Notes: generated from the letters alone by a model not told the origin. A DNA stretch of 64,000 bases from Gemmatimonadales bacterium (GCA_035518815.1 DATIXG010000072.1:119348-183347), one strand, 5' to 3'. Shown: positions 18,521 through 28,258, counted from the first letter of the stretch. Made by a program: numbers and translations.

Positions 18521-19746
18521 AGAGGGGACGGGGAACCGGGGACGGGGGACGGGTGCTGCTGCGCGCGGCAATCGTCGCGGCCCTCACCCTTCCCTCGTCC
18601 CTCGTCCCCCTTCTCGCCCAGCGCCCCCAACCCCTCGAGCAGCAGCTCCAGGACAACCAGCGTCGCCTCGAAGACATCCGGCGTACGCGCTCCGAAGTCG
18701 AGCGCGAGCTCGAGCAGCTGCGCACCCAGGCGCACTCGCTCGCCGACGAGCTGTCCAACATCGAGCGGCAGAAGGAGACGACCAACCGGATCGTCAATGA
18801 GCTGGACCGCCAGATCAATGGCCTCACGACGCAGATCGAGCACACCACCGTCGACCTGGTCCTCGCCGAGGATGCGCTCGCCGAGAAGCGCGCGGTGCTC
18901 GAACGACGGATCGTCGACATCTCGAAACGCGGCCCCCTGTTCTCCTACCAGGTCCTGCTCGCCGCCGAGAGCTTCGGCGACCTGTTGTCGCGCTACAAGT
19001 ACCTCTATCTCGTGAGCCGGCAGGACCGGCTCCTCGCCAACGACATGTTCAAGCTGCGCGACCGTATCGCCAGCGAGCGGCAAGGACTCGTCGCCGCCCG
19101 CGATCAGCTGGCGCACCGCAAATCGGAGCGCACGGAAGAGCTGCAGCGGTACGAGCGCCTCGAGCGGGAGCGCGAGGCGAGCCTGCGCGAGACCCGGCGG
19201 AGCTCGCGCGCCGCGGAGCTGCGCCTGTCGGAGCTCGAGCGGAATGAACACATGCTCAATGACCGTATCGCCGCCCTCGAGCGCGCACGGCGCGAGGCCG
19301 AAGCCCGCGGCGCCACCGCCGGCGCCGGGTCGATCACGCCGGCCGATCTCGGCCGGCTGGACTGGCCGCTCCAGGGCCGCATTGTCTATCAATTCGGCAC
19401 GGCCACGGGCCCCAACAATACGCGCATTCCGTGGCACGGCGTCGGCATCGCGGCGCCGGTCGGCACGCCCGTTCGGGCCGTCGAGAGCGGCGTCGTGAGC
19501 CTCGCGGGACCGCTCGGCACGTATCTGACGTCCGTGCTGATCGACCACGGCGGCGGCTACTATACGTTCTACGGCTATCTGGCGGACGCGGCCGTCGCCA
19601 AGGGAGACAGAGTGTCGAAGGGGCAGATGATCGGGCACGTGGGCGGCACGTCGAGCGACGAGGGACCGCACCTCCATTTCGAGATTCGCGGCCAGGGAGG
19701 CATTGCGCTCGATCCGATGAACTGGCTCGCTCCGCTGCGGCGATGA
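18517..19746 (+). CDS. M23 peptidase / EnvC-like murein hydrolase activator (coiled coil + LytM domain)
   Basis: In-frame part of ORF 18127..19746. Start is GTG 18517 (overlaps the ftsX stop) or GTG 18553 (VLLRAAIVAALTL signal). Long coiled coil, then GVGIAAPVGTPVRAVESGVV and GPHLHFEIR. Confidence 0.8.
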   Translation: MKRGRGTGDGGRVLLRAAIVAALTLPSSLVPLLAQRPQPLEQQLQDNQRRLEDIRRTRSEVERELEQLRTQAHSLADELSNIERQKETTNRIVNELDRQINGLTTQIEHTTVDLVLAEDALAEKRAVLERRIVDISKRGPLFSYQVLLAAESFGDLLSRYKYLYLVSRQDRLLANDMFKLRDRIASERQGLVAARDQLAHRKSERTEELQRYERLEREREASLRETRRSSRAAELRLSELERNEHMLNDRIAALERARREAEARGATAGAGSITPADLGRLDWPLQGRIVYQFGTATGPNNTRIPWHGVGIAAPVGTPVRAVESGVVSLAGPLGTYLTSVLIDHGGGYYTFYGYLADAAVAKGDRVSKGQMIGHVGGTSSDEGPHLHFEIRGQGGIALDPMNWLAPLRR

Positions 19747-20609
19747 AACGCGCGCGACTCTGTTTCGCCGCGCTGCTCGTTGCCGGGTGCGCGGGCCGTG
19801 GCGACACCGTCGAGGTGTCGGGCACGGTCGAGATCAGGGACATCCAACTCGCTCCCCTCACCTGGGGCCGGCTGGAGCGGCTCCTCAAGGACGAGGGCGA
19901 TAGCGTCCACGCGGGCGACACGGTGGCCATTCTGACGCAACCCGGCCTCAATGCCGTCATCGGGCAGCGCCAGGCGCAGGCGCGGGCCGCGACTCTCCGT
20001 GTGGCGGAGGTCACGGCCGCCCAGGCCGACAGCGAGCGCGCGGCGAACGACCTGGCGCGCGGCGAGCGGCTGCTCAAACAGAACATCGTCTCTCCGCAGC
20101 AGTACGATGGGCTGCGGACGGCGGCGGCCGCCGCGGCCGCCCGTCTTGCCGCCGTGCGCGCGGCGCCGAGCGATGCCGCAGCGGCGCGTGAAGCGGTCGA
20201 CGCAGCGTCCTCCGCCAGGGACGAGCTAACGCTGGTCGCGCCCGCGGACGGCCTGGTGCTCGTACGCTACGCCGATCAGGGCGAGGTGCTCGCCAGCGGC
20301 TCGCCAGTGGTCTCCATCGGTCTCGTGCGTCAGCCTTGGGTCCGCGCCTACGTGGGCGAACGCGACATCGGACGCGTGAAGGTCGGCCAGCCCGCCAACC
20401 TGCGCGTGGACGCGTACCCGGGGCAGTCGTTTCCCGGCCACATCACCGAGATCGCGTCGCGGGCTGAGTTTACCCCTCGCGTGGCGCTCACCGAGCGAGA
20501 GCGGGCGGACCTCGTGTTCGGCATCAAGATCGAGCCGAACGACGGCGATGGGGGCGGCCGGCTCAAGGCCGGGATGCCGGTTACCATCGAGCTCCGCCTC
20601 ATGCCGTGA
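19743..20609 (+). CDS. HlyD-family membrane fusion lipoprotein
   Basis: In-frame part of ORF 19431..20609. ATG 19743 (ATGA overlap) gives MKRARLCFAALLVAGCAG with a lipobox. Contains FTPRVALTERERADLVFGIKI, typical of the YhiI/HlyD type. Confidence 0.8.
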   Translation: MKRARLCFAALLVAGCAGRGDTVEVSGTVEIRDIQLAPLTWGRLERLLKDEGDSVHAGDTVAILTQPGLNAVIGQRQAQARAATLRVAEVTAAQADSERAANDLARGERLLKQNIVSPQQYDGLRTAAAAAAARLAAVRAAPSDAAAAREAVDAASSARDELTLVAPADGLVLVRYADQGEVLASGSPVVSIGLVRQPWVRAYVGERDIGRVKVGQPANLRVDAYPGQSFPGHITEIASRAEFTPRVALTERERADLVFGIKIEPNDGDGGGRLKAGMPVTIELRLMP

Positions 20610-21340
20610 CGTCCATCGCGATCGAGACCCGCGAGCTGACCCGCCGGTTTGGCCAGCTCACCGCGGTCCAAGATCTCACCCTCCGCATCGACCGCGGCGA
20701 AGTCTTCGGCCTGCTCGGCCCCAACGGCTCGGGAAAGACCACAACCATTCGGATGTTGTGCGGCCTGCTCGAGCCCTCGAGCGGGCAAGCCATGGTTGCG
20801 GGAATCGACGTCGCCGTGGCGCCCGAGCAGGTGAAGCAGAACATCGGCTACATGTCACAACGATTCGGACTGTACGAGGACCTCACCGTCACCGAGAACC
20901 TCGACTTCTACGCCGGCGTGTACGGACTGCGCGGGCCAGCCCGGACCGCGCGCCTCGCCGCCGTGATCGACTTCGTCGGACTCGGGGGGCGCCTTCAGCA
21001 GCTCGTGAGCGAGTTGTCGGGCGGCTGGAAGCAGCGACTCGCGCTCGCCTGCGCGCTGCTCCACGAGCCGCCCGTCCTGTTTCTCGACGAACCGACGGCC
21101 GGTGTGGACCCCGCCGCCCGCCGCACCTTCTGGAGCGCCATCTACACACTGGCCAAGCAGGGCACCACCGTGCTCGTCACCACGCACTACATGGACGAAG
21201 CAGAGCGGTGCGCGCGGCTGGCGATGATGAGCGGTGGTCGCCTCATCGCGACCGGCACGCCGGCTGAAGTGGCGGCGCAAGTGGGCGGCAAGACGCTCGA
21301 GGACGCGTTCATCATCTTGCAGGAGCGCGACGAGCGATGA
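20606..21340 (+). CDS. ABC transporter ATP-binding protein (ABC-2 type exporter)
   Basis: 244 aa. Contains GPNGSGKTTT, LSGGWKQRLALACAL and LFLDEPTAGVD. Confidence 0.9.
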   Translation: MTSIAIETRELTRRFGQLTAVQDLTLRIDRGEVFGLLGPNGSGKTTTIRMLCGLLEPSSGQAMVAGIDVAVAPEQVKQNIGYMSQRFGLYEDLTVTENLDFYAGVYGLRGPARTARLAAVIDFVGLGGRLQQLVSELSGGWKQRLALACALLHEPPVLFLDEPTAGVDPAARRTFWSAIYTLAKQGTTVLVTTHYMDEAERCARLAMMSGGRLIATGTPAEVAAQVGGKTLEDAFIILQERDER

Positions 21341-22449
21341 TGTCCCGCTTCTGGCCGATCTTCCACAAGGAGTTCATCCAGATGCGCCGCGATCGCCTGA
21401 CACTGGCGATCATGACCGTGCTCCCCGTGGCGCAGCTGCTTCTCTTTGGATACGCCATTCAGACCGACGTTCGCCATCTTCCCACGGTCGTGCTGGACGA
21501 GTCGCGCACACCCGCCTCCCGCGATCTGATCGCCGGATTCGAGAACACCGGCAGCTTCCGGATCGTGGCGCACGTGAACGCGCGGCCGGAGCTCGATCGC
21601 GCCATCGATCGGGGCGACGCACAGGCGGGCATCCTCGTGCCGTACGACTACCCCCGCCGGCTGGCCCGGCGGGAGACCGCGACGGTGCAGGTCATCGTGG
21701 ACGCGGCCGACCCGCTTTCGTCGCAATCCGCGATTGCCGCGGCGGCGGGCGTGGCGCAGGCGCGGAACCTCGAGCTCTTGAGCGCCGCGGCCCGCCGCAC
21801 GAATCTGCCCATCGATGCGCGCGTGCGCCCGCGCTACAACCCCGGCCTGCGGAGTCCCAATTACATCGTGCCCGGCCTGGTGGGCGTGATCCTCACGCTC
21901 ACGATGGTGCTCGTCACGGCGATGGCACTCGTGCGCGAGCGGGAGCGCGGGACGCTGGAGCAGCTGATCGTGACACCGGTCACTCGAACGGAGTTGATGC
22001 TCGGCAAGATCGCCCCGTACGTGGGCGTGGGATTGTTCCAGATGACGGTCGTCCTGGTGATCGGCCGCTACGTGTTCGACGTGCCCCTCACTGGCAACGT
22101 CCTGCTGCTCTACGCCATCGCGCTGCTGTTCGTCGTCGCGAGTCTCGCGTTCGGGCTCGTCATCTCGACGCTCGTGCGCACGCAGCAGCAGGCCATGCAG
22201 CTGGCGTTCTTCTTCGTGTTGCCGAACATCCTGCTCTCGGGCTTCATGTTCCCCCGCCAGGCCATGCCCGCGTTCTTCCAGTGGGTGGGCCTGCTCCTTC
22301 CCCTCACCTATTTCCTCAAGGTGCTGCGGGGGATCCTGCTCAAGGGGGTGGGACTCGACGCGTTGTGGCGGGAAGTGGCGACGCTGGCCGCGTTCGGCGG
22401 GCTGCTGATCGCGGTCGCCGTGCGGCGGTTCCGCAAGACGCTGGACTAG
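21337..22449 (+). CDS. ABC-2 type transporter permease
   Basis: 370 aa. N-terminal IFHKEFIQMRRDRLTL, a large periplasmic loop and a C-terminal six-TM block. Confidence 0.85.
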   Translation: MMSRFWPIFHKEFIQMRRDRLTLAIMTVLPVAQLLLFGYAIQTDVRHLPTVVLDESRTPASRDLIAGFENTGSFRIVAHVNARPELDRAIDRGDAQAGILVPYDYPRRLARRETATVQVIVDAADPLSSQSAIAAAAGVAQARNLELLSAAARRTNLPIDARVRPRYNPGLRSPNYIVPGLVGVILTLTMVLVTAMALVRERERGTLEQLIVTPVTRTELMLGKIAPYVGVGLFQMTVVLVIGRYVFDVPLTGNVLLLYAIALLFVVASLAFGLVISTLVRTQQQAMQLAFFFVLPNILLSGFMFPRQAMPAFFQWVGLLLPLTYFLKVLRGILLKGVGLDALWREVATLAAFGGLLIAVAVRRFRKTLD

Positions 22450-23885
22450 CTGCCCGGCGCGGTGCCGATGCGATCAGGCTCCTGGCCCTTGGCGCGGGCG
22501 AGGGCCGCCTCAGCGAGCGCGAAGAGATCCTCCGGACGCAGCACGTCGCTGTTGGGGAACGCGGCCAATCCCGCCGCGAGCGCGGGGACCCGCCCGGCCC
22601 CCAGGTCGGGGAAGGAATGCCGCTCGATCAACTGGCGCAGGCGCAGGACGAAGCGCTTGGCGCCGTTCACATCGGTCTCGGGAAGGATGAGCGCGAACTC
22701 GTCTCCGCCGTAGCGCGCCACGAAGTCCGGACCGCGGATTTCGCGCTGCAGGACCGATCCCATCTCCTCGAGCAAACGGTCTCCGACCGCCTGCCCCTGT
22801 TTCTCATTGACCTCCCGCAGCTGCTCGATATCCAACAGCACGAGGGAGAATCGCAGGGCGTAGCGGCGTGCCCGCTCGAACTCATCCCGGAGCCGGCGGT
22901 CGAGGGCGTCGAGGCTCGCGCAACCGGTCAGGGCATCGGTCACGCCCGCGCTGATCTGGCGCCGGTAGATGGCAGCCCGGCGTTCCTCGTTTTCGAGCAC
23001 GCGCGCGGCGGCCTGGGCGATCGTGTTGGCGAACGCCACGTCCTGCGTTCGCAGCTCGGGATCCCCCTGCACGGTGCGAAGGAGGAACACCCCCGCCGCC
23101 CGGCCCTGCACGAAGACGGGCAGCGCCACCGCCGACTGAACGTTGACGTCGATCCGCTGCTGCACCCAGCGCCGCCGGATCGTCTCGAACAGGGGATGCT
23201 CTCGCACGTCGCGGATAATGACCGGTTGCTCGGTGCGGATCGCTTCCTGGATCTCCGGATAGCGGCTGAGATCGACGCGCAGATCGCGGATCGCGGGGTT
23301 CTCGTACACCGCGACGACGCGGCCCTTGTCCTCGCCGGGAGTGGTGAGCACGAACGAGCAATGCGTGAGGCCGAACGCCTGGCCAACACGCCGGACGAGG
23401 GTTTGCAGGATCTCCTCGGCGCGGAGCGCAGCCGACACTTCCTGGAAGATGTCGAACAGCAGGTCGCGCCCCCGGAGAGCGTCGCGGGCATCCTTGAGGT
23501 CGGAGCGGATTCGGAGCTGCGCCTCGATGCGCGCCCGGAGCTCGCCGAAATGGATCGGGCTGGCCACGGCGTCCTGGGCGCCCGCCCGGAGGGCCTCCGT
23601 CGTCGCCTCCGCGCCGCCGTCGCTGCAGATCGCGAACACGGGCGCTCCCCCATGCGCGGGCGCGGCGCACAGCTCGCGCACGGCATCGGCCAGGGCGGAG
23701 CTCCGCGTGGCGGCGGTGAAGAGGACGAGATCGGGAGTGGGCTGATCGGAGCGTGGTGCGGGCGCCCCCGGGAGTGGGGCTTCGGTCACCTGAAACCCAG
23801 CGCGCGTCAGGAAGCGCTCCAGCCCTTCGGGGCGGGCCGCGGAGTCACCGGTCAAGAGAAGGCGGATGGGCTGCGGCTCCGACAC
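22446..23885 (-). CDS. Pseudo-receiver / GAF / GGDEF diguanylate cyclase
   Basis: 479 aa. CheY-like N-terminus lacking the acceptor Asp. Central GAF-like region. C-terminal DALTGCASL...RYGGDEFAL with RGPD (RxxD) five residues upstream. Confidence 0.85.
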   Translation of the reverse strand: MSEPQPIRLLLTGDSAARPEGLERFLTRAGFQVTEAPLPGAPAPRSDQPTPDLVLFTAATRSSALADAVRELCAAPAHGGAPVFAICSDGGAEATTEALRAGAQDAVASPIHFGELRARIEAQLRIRSDLKDARDALRGRDLLFDIFQEVSAALRAEEILQTLVRRVGQAFGLTHCSFVLTTPGEDKGRVVAVYENPAIRDLRVDLSRYPEIQEAIRTEQPVIIRDVREHPLFETIRRRWVQQRIDVNVQSAVALPVFVQGRAAGVFLLRTVQGDPELRTQDVAFANTIAQAAARVLENEERRAAIYRRQISAGVTDALTGCASLDALDRRLRDEFERARRYALRFSLVLLDIEQLREVNEKQGQAVGDRLLEEMGSVLQREIRGPDFVARYGGDEFALILPETDVNGAKRFVLRLRQLIERHSFPDLGAGRVPALAAGLAAFPNSDVLRPEDLFALAEAALARAKGQEPDRIGTAPGS

Positions 23886-23909
23886 CGGTCTTTGGTCCGA
23901 GCGTAGGGG

Positions 23910-24629
23910 GTGTCAAGCTATAGTTCACCTGATGCCACGGCAAGCACGGAGCGCCACCCGGTGAGCGTGCCGGCGCCCGAAACCCGGGTCGAACGGCGTC
24001 GCATGGTCGCGTCGCAGCTCGCGCGCCGCGGGATTCACGACCGGCGTGTCCTCGCCGCCATGGGATGGGTGCCGCGCGAGTGGTTCCTGCCGCCGCCGGT
24101 CGCCCACGAGGCCTACGACGATGCGCCGCTGCCGATCGGCAGCGGGCAAACCATCTCCCAGCCGTGCGTCGTTGCCGTGATGACGACGGCCATCGCGCCC
24201 CGTCGACGGGATCGCGTCCTCGAGATCGGCACCGGGTCGGGATACCAGACCGCGATTCTCGCGCACCTCGCCGGGCGCGTGTTCACGATCGAGCGGCTCC
24301 CTGACCTGCTCGTCGAAGCGGAAGAGCGGTTGCGCCGCCTTCATATCACGAACGTCGAGACGCGTCTCGGCGACGGCGCGGGTGGCTGGCCGGAGGCGGC
24401 GCCGTTTCAAGGAATCATCGTGACGGCGGCGGCTCCCCGCGTCCCGGCGCCGCTGCTCGAGCAGCTGGCGGTCGGCGGGCGGCTCGCGATTCCGGTCGGC
24501 GACCGCTCGTCGCAGGAGCTGTTGATCTACGAGCGCGCGCGGGGCGGGATCGAAGAACGGAGCGCGGGTGAAGTCCGTTTCGTGCCGCTGATCTCCCAGC
24601 TCGCATTCGCCGAGGAGGAGCGGGTGTGA
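23910..24629 (+). CDS. pcm: Protein-L-isoaspartate O-methyltransferase
   Basis: 239 aa. Contains GQTISQPCVVAVM and VLEIGTGSGYQTAILA. Exact start uncertain. Confidence 0.85.
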   Translation: MSSYSSPDATASTERHPVSVPAPETRVERRRMVASQLARRGIHDRRVLAAMGWVPREWFLPPPVAHEAYDDAPLPIGSGQTISQPCVVAVMTTAIAPRRRDRVLEIGTGSGYQTAILAHLAGRVFTIERLPDLLVEAEERLRRLHITNVETRLGDGAGGWPEAAPFQGIIVTAAAPRVPAPLLEQLAVGGRLAIPVGDRSSQELLIYERARGGIEERSAGEVRFVPLISQLAFAEEERV

Positions 24630-25516
24630 AACGCCGCGCCGGTGATCTGCTCGGCGCCCACGTCTCGACGCAGGGTGGCGTGGCGGAGGCCCCGGCGCGC
24701 GGTGCGGCGATCGGCGCGACCGCCATCCAGGTCTTCACCAAGACCCCGAACCAGTGGCGCGAACCCGTGCTCACGAGTGCGCACGTGGCCGCGTTCCGCC
24801 AGGCGCTCGCCGCGAGCGGGGTGCGCGCCGTCGTGGCCCACGACAGCTACCTCATCAACCTCGCGTCTCCCGACGACGCGCTGCGCGCACGCAGCGCCCT
24901 CTGCTTCAGGGGAGAGCTGACCCGGTGCCGCGCGCTCGGCATCCCCTGGGTCGTCTCACACCCCGGGAATTACATCGATGACCGCGCGGCCGGGCTCGAG
25001 CGAAACGCCCGTGAGTACGCGGCGTGCCTCGCCGCGGTGCCGGGCGACGTGGGGGTGCTCATCGAGGGCACGGCGGGAGCGGGGACCGCGCTCGGCGCGT
25101 CGTTCGAGGAACTGGCGGCGCTGCGCGACGCGCTGCCCGCGGAGGCCCGGGCGCGGGTGGCGTTCTGCCTCGACACGGCGCACGTGCACGCCGCGGGGTA
25201 TGACGTGGCCGGCGACATCGGTGGGGTATGGGAGCAATTCGACCGTACCATCGGGCTCCCCCTGCTTAACTGCTTGCATCTCAACGACTCCAAGGCGGCG
25301 ATGGGCTCGCACCTCGATCGGCACGAGTGGATCGGCGAGGGACGCATTGGACCAGTCGCCTTCCGCTATATTATGCGCGACCAACGCTTCGCATCCGTGA
25401 TCAAGATTATCGAGACCCCCAAGGCAGACGACCCCTTGTACCACGATCGGCGCATGTTGCGGCGGCTGCGCGCCTACGGACGGGCCCGCACTCTCTCCCG
25501 GTCGAATCGGGCTTGA
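24626..25516 (+). CDS. nfo: Endonuclease IV (deoxyribonuclease IV)
   Basis: 296 aa. GTGA overlap with pcm. Contains LGAHVSTQGG, VVAHDSYLINLASP, CLDTAHVHAAGYD and LHLNDSK. Confidence 0.85.
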   Translation: MKRRAGDLLGAHVSTQGGVAEAPARGAAIGATAIQVFTKTPNQWREPVLTSAHVAAFRQALAASGVRAVVAHDSYLINLASPDDALRARSALCFRGELTRCRALGIPWVVSHPGNYIDDRAAGLERNAREYAACLAAVPGDVGVLIEGTAGAGTALGASFEELAALRDALPAEARARVAFCLDTAHVHAAGYDVAGDIGGVWEQFDRTIGLPLLNCLHLNDSKAAMGSHLDRHEWIGEGRIGPVAFRYIMRDQRFASVIKIIETPKADDPLYHDRRMLRRLRAYGRARTLSRSNRA

Positions 25517-25863
25517 CCAGCCCCGGCACACGGTCGGGAGGGTTCCGAGCGCCGGTCGCCGCCCTGCTGTTCGTGCTCCAGGCCGTCGGGGGTGGGGCGG
25601 TCGCGTTGGCGCACGCCAGCGAGCCGCAGACGACCCCGGTGAGCGTGGAGACGCACCACGACGCCTCCTGCGTCGTGATCCACGACCCGATCCGCTGCGC
25701 TCTCTGCTGGTACGCCGGATCGGTGCTCACCGCGCCGGCGGCACCGGCGGGGCCGTGCGCGGCGACGGTACAGCAGCGCGTCGGCCTCCCTGCGGTCGTC
25801 GTCATCGGCAGGCCTACCTTCCACGAGGCGCTGCCCAGGGCTCCTCCCTTCACGCTCTCCTAG
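25513..25863 (+). CDS. Small exported Cys/His-motif protein (paralog of 55481..55825)
   Basis: In-frame part of ORF 25327..25863. The TTG at 25513 overlaps the nfo stop (TTGA) and gives a signal-like RSGGFRAPVAALLFVLQAVGGGAVALAHA. Motif ETHHDASCVVIHDPIRCALCWY and C-terminal PRAPPFTLS are shared with the second copy. Confidence 0.55.
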   Translation: MTSPGTRSGGFRAPVAALLFVLQAVGGGAVALAHASEPQTTPVSVETHHDASCVVIHDPIRCALCWYAGSVLTAPAAPAGPCAATVQQRVGLPAVVVIGRPTFHEALPRAPPFTLS

Positions 25864-25929
25864 CGCATCGAACACGCCCGGCGTCACGGCGGGCGTTCAA
25901 ATCGTTCATCGGTACCAAGGAGAGCTCGC

Positions 25930-27195
25930 ATGGCTCACTTGCAACGTGTCGCCGCGTTTGCGGCGGCGGCGCTGCTCACGGCCGGCGGTGCGGCGGCGCA
26001 ACAACCGACGCAGCGCCAGGTGGATTCACTCGCAGCAGAGGTGCGAGCGCTCGAAGCGCGGCTCGACAGCCTGCGCGCAGTGGTAGGGACGGCCGCGACC
26101 CCGGCCGGGGCTCCCTCGCCCGTTACGCCGGCAGCGGATACGGGGCTCGCGGCGCTCCGGGCAGCTGCCGTGGCTGCGGCCGGCGCGGACACCACGACCC
26201 CCGCCGCCGACACGAGTGCGACGACGCGATTCTCGGGGCATGAGCGCAGCCAGTCCCAGCTCAATCCCGAGATCGGCGCGACCGGCGACGTCCGGGCGTA
26301 CGCGCAGTCGCCCGGCCAGGGAAACAACTTCGACCCGCGGGAATTCGAGATCGGGTTCCAGTCGGCCCTCGATCCGTATTCGCACACCAAGATTTTCGTG
26401 AGCCTGGAAAACGATCACGTGGAGGTCGAGGAAGGCTATGCCTACTGGATCGGTCTTCCAGGACACCTGCGGTTCGACATCGGGGCCTTTCGCCAGCAGT
26501 TTGGCGAGCTGAACCGCTGGCATCTGCACGCCCTTCCCGAAACGGAGTACCCGCTCGCCCTCCGCGCCTACTTCGGCGACGACGGCCTGTCCGGTACGGG
26601 GATCTCGCTGTACCGCGCGTTCGGTGGCCTGGGGACCCACGAGCTGACCGGACAGGTCACGCTCAGCCGCAGCGACGACCTCCTGTTCGCGGGCGGCACC
26701 CGGCCCAGCTATCTGCTGCATCTCCTCAATTTTTGGCAGCTCTCACCGGCGACCTACATGCAGGTCGGCCTGAGCGGGCTGTACGGCACCAACCCCGATT
26801 CGAGCCTGAAGACCGGTGTGGCAGGCCTCGAGTTCCGGCTGACCTGGCGGCCGCCGGAGCAGACCCTGTATCGCGATTGGACGTTGCGCGGCGAGCTGCT
26901 GGCGCTGCGGAAGGACTATGGCGGCGCCGCCAACACGCGATGGGGAGGCTATCTCAGCACGACGTACAAGCTGGACCAGCGGTGGATCGTCGGCGCGCGC
27001 TGGGACTACGTCGAAGCCCCCGCGAGCGGCCTCGTGACGCAACAGCTCGTGCCGTCCCTCACAATGTGGCAGAGCGAATGGGTGTTCCTCCGCGCGCAGT
27101 ATACGTGGAGCAAGCCCGAGAGCCTCGACGCCACGAGCCAACTGGCAGTCCAGATCGTATGGGCCATCGGCCCCCACAAACACGAGACCTACTGA
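25930..27195 (+). CDS. Outer-membrane porin-like beta-barrel with N-terminal coiled coil
   Basis: 421 aa. AAGGAG RBS. Signal ...LLTAGGAAAQQ. Heptad-like QVDSLAAEVRALEARLDSLRA, then alternating-hydrophobic strands through to the C-terminus. Confidence 0.6.
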   Translation: MAHLQRVAAFAAAALLTAGGAAAQQPTQRQVDSLAAEVRALEARLDSLRAVVGTAATPAGAPSPVTPAADTGLAALRAAAVAAAGADTTTPAADTSATTRFSGHERSQSQLNPEIGATGDVRAYAQSPGQGNNFDPREFEIGFQSALDPYSHTKIFVSLENDHVEVEEGYAYWIGLPGHLRFDIGAFRQQFGELNRWHLHALPETEYPLALRAYFGDDGLSGTGISLYRAFGGLGTHELTGQVTLSRSDDLLFAGGTRPSYLLHLLNFWQLSPATYMQVGLSGLYGTNPDSSLKTGVAGLEFRLTWRPPEQTLYRDWTLRGELLALRKDYGGAANTRWGGYLSTTYKLDQRWIVGARWDYVEAPASGLVTQQLVPSLTMWQSEWVFLRAQYTWSKPESLDATSQLAVQIVWAIGPHKHETY

Positions 27196-27196
27196 C

Positions 27197-28243
27197 ATGT
27201 CGCCCTACATTCGACTGCTCTTGTCGCTCCACGTACCGGGCGCGCACCTGACGGCCGATCCCGTAAAGGTCGTCACTTCGCTCACCACGTACGCCGCAAT
27301 CGCCCGAGAGATCGTCGGGGATCGCGGCGAAGTGAGCGCGATCGCCTCTCCGTACGAGAATCCCCACTACGTGCAGCCCAAACCCAGCTTCGCACCGCTG
27401 CTCGCGGGAGCCGACCTCTTCGTCACAACCGGACTCGACCTCGAGCTCTGGGTCCCCGCTCTCCTGGACAAGGCGAGCAACCCCAAGATCACCGAGGGCG
27501 GTGTCGGCTACGTGGCGGCCAGCGCCGGAGTCCCGCTGCTCGACGTCCCCACGAGCTATTCCCGCACGCAGGGCGACATTCACGTGTTCGGCAACCCGCA
27601 CATCTGGACGGCGCCGCTCAACGCCATAATCATCGCGCGGAACATCCTGACGGGCTTGAAGCGCGTGGACCCGGCCAACGCGGAGTATTTCGCGGGCCGG
27701 GAGCAGGTGTTCGAGGATCGCGTGTACCGCGCCTTGTACGGCGACGAGCTGGTGAAGCTGCTCGGCGGCGCGACACTCGCCACCCTCGATCGCCAGGGCA
27801 AGCTTTTCGAATTCCTGAGCGGCCATCAGTACGGCGGAGCGCCGCTCACGGCGCGGCTGGGGGGATGGCTGAAGCAGGGCCTGCCGTTCCGCGGCAAGCC
27901 CGTTGTATGCTATCACAAGGAGTGGGACTACTTCTCCCGCGAGTTCGACGTGCCGTGCGTGGACTACATCGAGCCCAAGCCCGGCATTCCCCCCACGCCA
28001 AGCCATGTGCGCGAGGTGATCGACGAGATCAAAGAGCAGCGGATCGCAGTCCTTCTGTCGACCAGCTACTACGACCGCGAGCAGGTGCGCGAGGTCGCGG
28101 CGCGCACCGGAGCCACCGCCGTCATCGTGGCGGGGAACGCTGGGGGCGAGCCTGGCACGGAATCGTACGTAGGTCTGGTCAGCCTCTGGGTGGGGGCGCT
28201 GGCGCGCGGGTTCGCCGCGACGCCGCCCAGCCCTCAGCCGTAA
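27197..28243 (+). CDS. Metal ABC transporter substrate-binding protein (ZnuA/TroA family)
   Basis: 348 aa. Contains VVTSLTTYAAIAREIVG, NPHYVQPKPS, GNPHIWTAP and YHKEWDYF, the pattern of cluster A-I metal-binding proteins. Confidence 0.8.
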   Translation: MSPYIRLLLSLHVPGAHLTADPVKVVTSLTTYAAIAREIVGDRGEVSAIASPYENPHYVQPKPSFAPLLAGADLFVTTGLDLELWVPALLDKASNPKITEGGVGYVAASAGVPLLDVPTSYSRTQGDIHVFGNPHIWTAPLNAIIIARNILTGLKRVDPANAEYFAGREQVFEDRVYRALYGDELVKLLGGATLATLDRQGKLFEFLSGHQYGGAPLTARLGGWLKQGLPFRGKPVVCYHKEWDYFSREFDVPCVDYIEPKPGIPPTPSHVREVIDEIKEQRIAVLLSTSYYDREQVREVAARTGATAVIVAGNAGGEPGTESYVGLVSLWVGALARGFAATPPSPQP

Positions 28244-28258
28244 CGCGCGGGCCAACCG

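Noticed and set aside
19743-22449. HlyD/ABC/ABC-2 trio as a novel or defence-type system
   Set aside because: This is a common, well-known exporter architecture (YhiI/YbhFSR-like). Nothing in the sequence is unusual beyond tight gene overlaps.
21234-23906. 890-aa plus-strand ORF spanning the ABC-2 permease and GGDEF regions
   Set aside because: It is out of frame with the convincing permease (21337..22449) and antisense to the convincing GGDEF gene (22446..23885). It has no motifs and low-complexity Arg/Gly/Pro content.
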